From an uncultured Thermococci archaeon (lineage in GTDB: Archaea > Methanobacteriota_B > Thermococci > Thermococcales > Thermococcaceae), in the NCBI GenBank assembly GCA_964615185.1, contig CAZTOS010000047.1:1-19065 (forward strand): a stretch of DNA of 19,065 bases, read 5' to 3'. The first letter of the stretch is position 1. Each line of letters starts with the position of its first letter. A model generated the notes under the pieces. The model worked only from the letters and a program-made list of their open reading frames with translations, had not been told where the DNA came from and did not search any database. This document shows, in pieces, positions 9,799 through 17,594 of this stretch. A program made the translations under genes and the position numbers.

Positions 9799-10898
9799 GG
9801 GAGAAAGCTTTAATTTTGGTCTTTATGCTGCTGACTTCTTCTCTCTTTGGTATATATGAAAATGCAGAAAATCGAATTTTAGCTCAAACCGAGGATCCAG
9901 AACTTGCTACCCTTCTGCAACAAAACGAGAATGTTGTGCTTGGCAACTTCATGTCATTTCTCAGCACCGTGAATCCTCTTTACTTAATCTCAAGTTTTGA
10001 GGCTTCTTATCCTCGTTTAGTGTTTTCAAAGGTAAAACTAACTCCAGAGAGAAATAAAATCTTAAAAGCAACACTAAGAGCAAACAACGAATTCTATTCT
10101 CGCTATTTATCACCACTTAAAAGCTTCTATGCAGTTTCATTCACAAGCTCGGCACCCTACAATGATGTATTTCTTGCAAACTCAAGTTTCAAAAGTGCCT
10201 TGCCTTATGTCCATTATAACTTTAGGGGATTAGTTCTTTATCCAGTTACAGCACTTCATTGGGCTGATGTTTATTTCCAGATAGGTAAAGAGGAGAGAGC
10301 TCTGGAAATATTAAGGGAACTTCAGTCGTATTTAATCATAAAGAACTACCAGGGATTAGAATACGCAGTTTTTGAAAACTATTTTCACTTCGAGAACTCT
10401 TCAATCCCTTGGATTTCAGGCTATGCTCAGGGGCTTGGAGCGGGACTATATGCAAAAGCCTACAACATCACAAAAAACGAGAGCTACCTAAAAACTGCTC
10501 AGCTCCTAATGAATTCATTCAGAGTTCCTTACAGCAAAGGAGGATTTATTGTAAATTCAACTTATGGACTTTGGATTTTAGAGTATGCCTACAACTCAAA
10601 CGAGCTTGTGCTGAATGGACATATAATAGCCCTCCAAGGTGTTTACTACTATTGGGAAATTACAAACAACACCTATGCAAAATGGGTTTTTGATGAAGGA
10701 GTAAAAGCTGTTGAAAAAGCTCTTCCAGACTTTGACGAAAACGGATGGAGCTTGTACTCAAACGTTCATGGCAGAGCGATGAAAAATTATCACAAACTCC
10801 ATATTCAGCTTTTGGAATGGCTCTATGAAAAAACAAAAGATGAAAAATTCAAGGAATACGCAGAAAGATGGAGAAAATCACTCCAAAATGTGAGGTAG
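9795..10898 (+). CDS. Second exported D-glucuronyl C5-epimerase-like protein (tandem paralog)
   Basis: N-terminal signal or anchor. Motifs WISGYAQG, LEY, VLNGHIIALQG, FDENGWSLY and YHKLHI. ATGA overlap with CAGGTGA RBS. Confidence 0.8.
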   Translation: MREKALILVFMLLTSSLFGIYENAENRILAQTEDPELATLLQQNENVVLGNFMSFLSTVNPLYLISSFEASYPRLVFSKVKLTPERNKILKATLRANNEFYSRYLSPLKSFYAVSFTSSAPYNDVFLANSSFKSALPYVHYNFRGLVLYPVTALHWADVYFQIGKEERALEILRELQSYLIIKNYQGLEYAVFENYFHFENSSIPWISGYAQGLGAGLYAKAYNITKNESYLKTAQLLMNSFRVPYSKGGFIVNSTYGLWILEYAYNSNELVLNGHIIALQGVYYYWEITNNTYAKWVFDEGVKAVEKALPDFDENGWSLYSNVHGRAMKNYHKLHIQLLEWLYEKTKDEKFKEYAERWRKSLQNVR

Positions 10899-11462
10899 CG
10901 CTCTAATCACGGGCAGACTTATTAGGATTCCTCCAATTACATCCACGGCACTTTGAATTGCATTTGGGAGTGCTATCACAAGCCAAAATGGAATGTGGAA
11001 CCACTCTTCAATCTTTGGAATAACTTGCTCCCTTGGAATGCCGAGCCATATTGGAAGTGCATAATAATAGTTCAATCCAACCATGAGAGGTATTCTAATC
11101 GCAATGCTAATTAGATAGGCAGAAACGATAAATGCAATGAGCTGCTTTTCTGTGTAGCTCTCTGGACTGAATTTTGTAAGTTTTTTCGCTATCTCAAGAC
11201 CTAAGATTACGCTGAGTGTTGCAAAGAACTTCATGCTGGCACCAAGCCATGAAGATTGGGACACTATGCTGAGTCCAACGAAGAGCAACACCAAAGATAT
11301 CAAGGAACTTGTAAAGCTTAGTAAGATGTAAACAACAACTATTGGGATTGCAACTAAATCTATTGTCATTCCCCACTGACTAGGCACCTTGAGTGGAGAA
11401 ACATTTAGCATTAAACTGAGAGCCAGCATTATTCCGATTAAAGCTATTTCCCTCGATTTCAT
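10878..11462 (-). CDS. ECF transporter substrate-specific (S) component
   Basis: About 194 aa with roughly 6 TM helices. N-terminus SREIALIGIMLALS..L, then IDLVAIP and IR..LM..LNYYYALP. Substrate not assignable. Confidence 0.75.
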   Translation of the reverse strand: MKSREIALIGIMLALSLMLNVSPLKVPSQWGMTIDLVAIPIVVVYILLSFTSSLISLVLLFVGLSIVSQSSWLGASMKFFATLSVILGLEIAKKLTKFSPESYTEKQLIAFIVSAYLISIAIRIPLMVGLNYYYALPIWLGIPREQVIPKIEEWFHIPFWLVIALPNAIQSAVDVIGGILISLPVIRALPHILE

Positions 11463-11481
11463 GCCCATCCCCATCTTCAAG

Positions 11482-11521
11482 TTTGTTCCATAATTTATAA
11501 AGTTTTGTTCCATAAATGGAA
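11482..11521. repeat. 12-bp direct repeat flanking a TATA box plus an overlapping palindrome
   Basis: TTTGTTCCATAA at 11482-11493 and 11504-11515. TTCCAT-AA-ATGGAA at 11508-11521. Confidence 0.7.
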
Positions 11522-11581
11522 TAATTGAGAGAGGCAAAATCCTTTATAGCCCCTTGAACGAGTTTTCATGGGTGGTTTGAA

Positions 11582-12772
11582 ATGAGAATTCCAGAGGATG
11601 TTAGAAAGGACATCCCTCTTACTCAAGAGGTCATTTACTTTGACAACACGGCTACAAGTTTAACCCCAATTCCAGTTGTTGAAGCCATGAACGAGTATTA
11701 CCTCAAATACAGGGCAAATGTTCACCGAGGCATTCACCGGTTGTCTCAGATGGCGACACACAAGTATGAGGAAGCAAGGAAAATTGTTGCAGATTTCCTC
11801 GGTGCAAAGTTTGAGGAGATAATTTTCACAAAGAACACAAGCGAAAGCTTAAACTTGGTTGCCCTTGGATTAGAGTGGAAGAAAGGCGACAAAATAGTAA
11901 CAACACCTTATGAGCACCACTCTGATTTGCTTCCCTGGCAGAGGGTTGCAAAGAAGTATGGAGCAAAGCTTGAAATTATTGAAGGCGATGATGAAGGAAA
12001 CCTTGATTTAGCAGATGCCGAGAAAAAGATTAAGGGTGCAAAGCTCGTTGCAGTTCAGCACGTTTCTAACGCTTTAGGAGTGATCCATGAGGTTGAAGAG
12101 ATTGGAAAGATGGCAAAAGAGGAAGGAGCGATATTTGTCGTAGATGCGGCCCAAAGTGTAGGGCACATGGAGGTTGATGTTAGAAAGCTTCATGCTGACT
12201 TTTTAGGATTCTCTGGACATAAAGGAACATTAGGACCAACAGGGATTGGAGTTCTGTATATTAACGAGGAGATGTTTGACATCTTTGAGCCTCCATTAAT
12301 AGGCGGAGGAACCATTGAAGATGTTGAGCTTTATGATTACAAGCTTACAGCTCCTCCAGAGAGATACGAAGCGGGAACTCCAAACATCGGCGGGGCAATA
12401 GGATTAGCGGCAGGGATTAAGTACATTGAAAAGATTGGGCTCGATAAAATCGAAAAGCAGGAGCACAAACTCGTCAAAAGAACAACTGAAGGTCTAACAG
12501 AGCTTGAAATTCCATGGTACGGGCCGAGAAACTTGAAAAAACACGCTGGAGTTGTTAGCTTTAACGTTCCACCATTACACCCACATGACGTTGCTGCTAT
12601 ATTGGATGAACACAACATAATGGTCCGCTCTGGACATCACTGTGCTCTGCCAGTGATGAAACGTTTGGGCATTAACGGAACAGTAAGAGCTTCATTCCAC
12701 GTCTATAACAGCATTGAAGAAGTCGAGACATTTTTGAGTGTCTTGGAGGAGCTCGTTAAAAGCTTGCGTTAG
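11582..12772 (+). CDS. sufS: Cysteine desulfurase, SufS/CsdA (class II) type
   Basis: YFDNTATS, ANVHRG, EHHSD, VDAAQS, PLP lysine in SGHK, EAGTPNI and catalytic RSGHHCA. Confidence 0.95.
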   Translation: MRIPEDVRKDIPLTQEVIYFDNTATSLTPIPVVEAMNEYYLKYRANVHRGIHRLSQMATHKYEEARKIVADFLGAKFEEIIFTKNTSESLNLVALGLEWKKGDKIVTTPYEHHSDLLPWQRVAKKYGAKLEIIEGDDEGNLDLADAEKKIKGAKLVAVQHVSNALGVIHEVEEIGKMAKEEGAIFVVDAAQSVGHMEVDVRKLHADFLGFSGHKGTLGPTGIGVLYINEEMFDIFEPPLIGGGTIEDVELYDYKLTAPPERYEAGTPNIGGAIGLAAGIKYIEKIGLDKIEKQEHKLVKRTTEGLTELEIPWYGPRNLKKHAGVVSFNVPPLHPHDVAAILDEHNIMVRSGHHCALPVMKRLGINGTVRASFHVYNSIEEVETFLSVLEELVKSLR

Positions 12773-12786
12773 CTTTTTCTCTTTAA
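12773..12786 (+). terminator. T-rich terminator after sufS
   Basis: CTTTTTCTCTTTAA directly after TAG. Confidence 0.45.
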
Positions 12787-12908
12787 TATCAATTTTGAGG
12801 AGTTGAAATAGAAAGAGAAACAAGGAGCTTTAATGAAGCTTATCTTAAAGAAAAAATTGACATAAATCTTTTTATCTCCCTCTCCTAAATCTTATCGGGG
12901 TGATTCTT

Positions 12909-13184
12909 ATGCTCATTGCAAAACCATGTGCAAGTATGAAAGCCATAAACATAACCCCAGAAGAAAAATATGACATTGATATGGAAGAACTCTGTGAATG
13001 CTTAGCTGAGAAAGGTTTTCAAATTAAGAGGGTCACGCGGTTTTTGGCTTTAGTTAAGAAAAAGTACGATATAAGCGTATTTCCAAGCGGAAAGATTATT
13101 GTGAAAGACACTGATGATAAGGAAGAAGCATTGAAGATAGCAAAGGAGATTTATGAGTGCATGGAGCCGTACAAGGTGATCTAA
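12909..13184 (+). CDS. Small Cys-containing hypothetical protein (TBP-like alpha/beta fold suspected)
   Basis: GGGGTGAT RBS before ATG 12909 and upstream TATA. Contains the ISVFPSGKIIV..T.D.EEA..IA motif. Confidence 0.75.
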   Translation: MLIAKPCASMKAINITPEEKYDIDMEELCECLAEKGFQIKRVTRFLALVKKKYDISVFPSGKIIVKDTDDKEEALKIAKEIYECMEPYKVI

Positions 13185-13984
13185 TGTTCACAAAAGAGTT
13201 CATTACAGAGAAAGTTAGGGAAATTCGAAAGAGGTATGGCTTTGAGGAAGTTCCCTTTTTTATTGACGAAGTCATCTATGACAGCGAAGGGGATAAGCTG
13301 TTCATCATAGCAAGGGATAGGAGCGACAAGAGCACAATTATAGGCAACAGCTTTGTGATTGGAAAGCTCAGAGAAGAGCTTGGAGTGAAACAAGTTACCG
13401 TATATTCCAAGCTCGACTTGCTGATTAAGAGAAAAAGAGTTCTCAAGAACATTAGAAGAATTGAGGGTACACATTTAGAGTTTCTAAAACCTATACTTGA
13501 AGCAGAGCTTAAATTTCCTCCAAGAAAATGGCCAGAGCTTAATGATAATGGAGAGGCTTTAGTCTTCCTAAGCTTCAACGCTAAGGCCATGATTAGCTTT
13601 GCCGAAAAAGTTGGGTTAATTCCCGTGAAAGTTGGGATCAAATATGCCTTTCCGAAATGGGAGTATGAATCAACTGAAGGTTCACCAAAAGAGGTTCTGT
13701 TCCCAGACGAGGAAAAACTGATAGGAATCGCAAAGAAGAAAGGTCTGAGAATTATAATTTCTGACTTTCCTTTTGATTTGAAGTTTAAAGAGGATATTGC
13801 ACTTTTAAATCCTCTCCGATTTTTGCACATGGGATTCTTTGAGGCGAAGTACTTCTTTGGCTTTGAAAAGCCAGTGATTCTTGACAAAAATGCTTTAGTG
13901 GACTTTGTAATTAGCTATGTTCATGAAGGTCTTATGGAGTCAACTGATGGTGCAAACTTAATCTGGAGGGAATGGAAAAGGTGA
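13184..13984 (+). CDS. Hypothetical protein with KH-like N-terminal region, related to COG1365-type PP-loop proteins but lacking the PP-loop
   Basis: TAATG coupling with AGGTGAT RBS. Contains IIARDRSDKSTIIG..VIGKLREELGVK and C-terminal EGLMESTDGA. No SGGxDS motif. Confidence 0.65.
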   Translation: MFTKEFITEKVREIRKRYGFEEVPFFIDEVIYDSEGDKLFIIARDRSDKSTIIGNSFVIGKLREELGVKQVTVYSKLDLLIKRKRVLKNIRRIEGTHLEFLKPILEAELKFPPRKWPELNDNGEALVFLSFNAKAMISFAEKVGLIPVKVGIKYAFPKWEYESTEGSPKEVLFPDEEKLIGIAKKKGLRIIISDFPFDLKFKEDIALLNPLRFLHMGFFEAKYFFGFEKPVILDKNALVDFVISYVHEGLMESTDGANLIWREWKR

Positions 13985-14049
13985 AACAACCTCCAGTAGC
14001 AAAAACTCTTTTAAACATTATTAATTAATAGAGTTGTCAGGTGCCATAG

Positions 14050-14868
14050 ATGATTGGCATATATGATAAGGTGACGTTTATCTCAGACCTCTTAAATTTT
14101 GTATTTGTGCTGATAGTTTTTGTGATTACATTTAAGTACCGGCATGCTTTTGTGAATAAATTTCCATCCCTAAAGGGATTCTACTACACAATCTTAGTAA
14201 GCCTTGGAATAGCAGTTGGGGGGAATGTAATTGATGTTCTTGACAACTTAATAATCCAAGGACATCGCTTGGGAGGTCAATTCACAGACCAGTTGACAAG
14301 TTGGATATATGCAATAACAATAGCTTTCATAGGAATTGGTTGGATAAAACTCATAGCGGATATAGTAGAGAGGTACATTCCAGTTCCAGTAGTCAGGGAA
14401 GATTTTGAAAAAACGGTGAGCATTTACCTTGATCCGGGGCTTTATATATGCACTGATGAAGACAAATGCTACAGCTATTTTAAGGCGTTACTATCTGAGC
14501 GTCCTGGGCTTGTAATTTCAAGAAATCCCCCAGAAATCGTCAGAGAGACTTTAGGACTTAAAGAAACACCAATACTGTGGCTGACGAAGATTAAAAGAAA
14601 AGGCACCGTTTACCCTACAAATCTCCCCTACCTACTGCAGACCCTTGTTGATTTTATGAGAAAAGAGGGAAAACCAAAGGTCATACTCATAGGAGGTCTC
14701 GAATACCTCACTACTGAAAACGGCTTCAAAAGCATTTTTAAGTTTCTAACGACCCTCAAAGATTATGCAGTGATACATAATTCAATAATCCTAATACCAA
14801 TTGAAAGCAAAGCCTATGATGATAGGGATATCCATCTATTGCTAAGGGAATTTGAAATCATAAGCTGA
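14050..14868 (+). CDS. DUF835-domain membrane protein
   Basis: Three N-terminal TM helices, then L.ISRNPP, LWLTK, V.PTNL, LEYL..ENGF.SI.KFL..LKD and LLLRE. CAGGTG RBS. Confidence 0.88.
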   Translation: MIGIYDKVTFISDLLNFVFVLIVFVITFKYRHAFVNKFPSLKGFYYTILVSLGIAVGGNVIDVLDNLIIQGHRLGGQFTDQLTSWIYAITIAFIGIGWIKLIADIVERYIPVPVVREDFEKTVSIYLDPGLYICTDEDKCYSYFKALLSERPGLVISRNPPEIVRETLGLKETPILWLTKIKRKGTVYPTNLPYLLQTLVDFMRKEGKPKVILIGGLEYLTTENGFKSIFKFLTTLKDYAVIHNSIILIPIESKAYDDRDIHLLLREFEIIS

Positions 14869-14877
14869 GGTGATAAA

Positions 14878-16011
14878 ATGATTATCGGCGTTGTTGGGAA
14901 GATAGCAGCCGGAAAAACGACAATAGCAAAGTTTCTTGAGAAAAAAGGTTTCTGCAGAATTTCATGTAGCGACCCCCTTATAGATTTGCTGACCCATAAT
15001 GTTGATGCTTACTCCCGGATTCCTGAACTTCCACCGAAAGCCGAACCAGCGAGAGAGAAGCTGATTGAATATGGAAGATATCTAAAGGAAACCTATGGGG
15101 AAGATATCCTAATTAGGCTTGCTTTGGATAAAATGAGGCATTGCAAAAATGTTGTCATTGATGGTGTTCGCTCAAAAGGGGAGATTGAAGCTATAAAGCA
15201 GAGAGGAGGCGTTATTATTTACGTTGAGGCAAAGCCCGAGCTTAGATATGAAAGACTGGTTAAAAGAAAAGCAGAAAAAGATAGAGCCATTAACAGCTTT
15301 GAGGACTTCAAAAGGATGGATAACGAAGAGGAGAGGCTTTATCATACGAGCAAACTCAAAGATTTGGCAGATTTTGTAATTGTGAATGAAGGAACTTTGG
15401 AGGATTTGAGGAGAGAAGTTGAAAAGATTCTTGAATTTCTGAATACACTTGTGGTTATTGCTCCCTGCCTGCTTAGCCCTTTCACCGTTTATAGAGGCCC
15501 AAAGGAGAAGGAATACAGAGCCGCTTCAGCCCTAATGAGGCTCTTTGGGAAGTATCACTACCTCAAAATTTTGGCTTATCCGTGTCCAGAATTCTTACTC
15601 TTAGGTTTTCCAAGGCTACCTGCAAGCAAGGAAGTTTATGAAAAGCTCGGTATGAGAGAATATGCCAAGAGAATTGCTGAGTTCATAGTTAGGAGCATCG
15701 AAGAAGAGCAGCCCCCAAGAGTGATTTTCATTGGGGTTAAAGGTTCTCCAACATGCGGAGTCTTCCACACAACATCAAGCGACCCAGAAAAGTATCCCTA
15801 TGAGAGAATGGAGGAGTTCAAACGGCTTCCACAAGAAGAAAGATTTAGATTAGCAGAGAAAATGATTAAGGAGTTCAAACTTGTCAGAGGGGAGGGAATC
15901 CTGTTTGAGATTTTAAAGGCCAAAATAGAGGGCATTTATCTGGAAGTTGATAAGGATGATTTAGAAAGAAGTTTGAAGAAAATAGAGAAAGCTCTTAGTG
16001 ATTCATTATGA
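14878..16011 (+). CDS. Fusion of P-loop NMP/dephospho-CoA-kinase-like domain and DUF523/TudS-like desulfidase domain
   Basis: N-terminal half: GKIAAGKTT, VVIDGVRS, ELRYERL..R, ADFVIVNEGT. C-terminal half (from about 15445): APCLL, PCPE..LLG.PR, GSPTCG, GEGIL. GAGGTGAT RBS. Confidence 0.8.
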   Translation: MIIGVVGKIAAGKTTIAKFLEKKGFCRISCSDPLIDLLTHNVDAYSRIPELPPKAEPAREKLIEYGRYLKETYGEDILIRLALDKMRHCKNVVIDGVRSKGEIEAIKQRGGVIIYVEAKPELRYERLVKRKAEKDRAINSFEDFKRMDNEEERLYHTSKLKDLADFVIVNEGTLEDLRREVEKILEFLNTLVVIAPCLLSPFTVYRGPKEKEYRAASALMRLFGKYHYLKILAYPCPEFLLLGFPRLPASKEVYEKLGMREYAKRIAEFIVRSIEEEQPPRVIFIGVKGSPTCGVFHTTSSDPEKYPYERMEEFKRLPQEERFRLAEKMIKEFKLVRGEGILFEILKAKIEGIYLEVDKDDLERSLKKIEKALSDSL

Positions 16012-16419
16012 AAAATACTTATAACTTACGTATCTATTCACTACAAAAAACACTGAAAAAATAGCAAAGATTGTGAGAGACATTCTAAATGTTCGACTTG
16101 CTAAGCCCTGAGCAGTCAACCAGAAGAACTTTTAGACTAAGCCTATTTGGTAGGCTTTGGTTCTGGAATATACTAGCGGAGATATCACTGGGCACTTCTC
16201 AAGCTCGTGGACAATCTTCCAAGAATGGAAGGGAAGAAGGCATTTATCTTTTCAAGAGCTGGAATGAACATCCTCTGGCACAACCACATAGTTAGAGAAT
16301 TTTCATGCAGGGGCAGGACACAAACTGGTTGGCTCACAAAGATTGGAGGGATAAACAAAGGAAGATCAAAAAAGGACTTAGAGAGAGCGAGGAGATTTGC
16401 TGAGAGATTGGGAAAGTAA
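16008..16419 (+). pseudogene. Flavodoxin-family pseudogene
   Basis: Manual translation across shifts and stops: MK/ILITYVSIHYK/NTEKIAKIVRDILNV...LVGFGSGIY*RRYHWALLKLVDNLPRMEGKKAFIFS.AG...EFSCRG..TGWLTKIGGINKGR..KDLERARRFAERL. ATGA overlap with the upstream stop. Confidence 0.88.
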
Positions 16420-16434
16420 GGTAACAAAAACCGA

Positions 16435-16455
16435 ACGCTTAAATATTATAAGCGT
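16435..16455. promoter_or_regulatory. Perfect 7-7-7 inverted repeat over a TATA box
   Basis: ACGCTTA-AATATTA-TAAGCGT contains TTAAATA and ends 26 nt before ATG 16482. Confidence 0.6.
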
Positions 16456-16481
16456 GCAAGTAAAAAATAGTAGGGATAGTT

Positions 16482-17576
16482 ATGGGAAATAATACTCAAA
16501 ACTCTTTACTATATTACCCGACTATTATCCCTCCAAAAGAATGGATGTATTGGGCATTATTTTATTGGGACAAAATTTTTTCCATAATTCCAAAAGAACT
16601 GGAGGATGCACTAAAAGATAACGATCATAAAATAATTTCTATTCTGAATGCAAAAAGAGGAGACATATGTCTTATTCAAGAACTATTGGAAAATTATCCA
16701 GAGTATTTTGAACCAAAATACCCAGAAGAGTACTTTAAAAGGCAAGAATTTCCAAAACAAGAATTTATTAAAGAAGTTCAAATAAAATTACAATCTATCC
16801 AAAACTATGAAAGAGGCAATGGTACGCTATTTCTACTTCATAAAAATAAAATTCCTCCAGAACTCTATGATATGTTTATGAATCTTGATCGTAAGTTACT
16901 TTGGTATGAAAATAACAAACTTAAAATACCGTCAAAATGGACATTTAAAAATCCTAAAACTGCAATTGTCTATATGGCAATCTTAGCCAAGTACATCAGT
17001 ATATATGATACAAAAATGAATAAGAGGAGTATTGTTGAGCCAATAACGGATAAAAAGAAATTTGAAGATTATGCTATAAGAACATTTACTAAAGAAGGAC
17101 TAAACCGACAAGTGGCCATTAATATCGCTTTTCCAGAAATATTGCCCGTACCTAACAGTAAACACTCTCTAAAAACGATAATCAAGTTCAAAGAAGAACA
17201 TAAATACAAACTATTAAGATTTAGAGAATTTTTTATAATATTAAACGTGAACTCCAGACCATTAATGATGAAACTGAGATTAATGAGCTAATAGTACATT
17301 ATTCAGAACAAATTGAAAGAGAACTCCATGAATTATTGAAACTTGAAAAAAGTAAGAGACGTGAAATTTTTTTTAGGTTTATTGAAAGCGGGCATCAACT
17401 TGACAGTCCTCTTACCCCGATTCGAAGATATATCCAGTGACATGACAGGAGCCATAGCACTCATAAATGGAATAGTTGAAGTTGTACATGTTTTTGAGAA
17501 GTGGAAACGCTTTGATAAACTAAAAGAATATCCCACATTCTATGTATATCAAGCAAAAAAGAAAGGTATAATATAA
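16482..17576 (+). pseudogene. AT-rich DUF6236-like gene interrupted by two compensating poly-T frameshifts (364 aa if repaired)
   Basis: N-terminus LLYYPTI.PP.EW...ALFYWDKI.SI.P, plus LPVP....L..I.KFK..H...L.RFR. A stop-free alternative frame (17234-17374) bridges ORFs 16482-17291 and 17343-17576. Family name is from recall. Confidence 0.7.
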
Positions 17577-17594
17577 CATTAAACTCAAAATGTT

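Noticed and set aside
9100..10660. Repeated nucleotide blocks (e.g. TACAACTCAAA.GAGCT.GT.CT.AA.GGACA)
   Set aside because: Simply homology between the two epimerase paralogs, not a repeat array or CRISPR.
13181..13887. Minus-strand ORFs of 97 and 203 aa
   Set aside because: Antisense to a gene with good RBS and translational coupling. Ser/Phe/Leu-rich composition typical of reverse frames.
16089..16427. Three short ORFs (68, 80 and 70 aa)
   Set aside because: Explained as fragments or shadows of the flavodoxin pseudogene. Only 16207-16419 is a real remnant frame.
17343..17576. Independent 77-aa gene
   Set aside because: Better explained as the C-terminus of the frameshifted 16482 gene. TTG start with no RBS.
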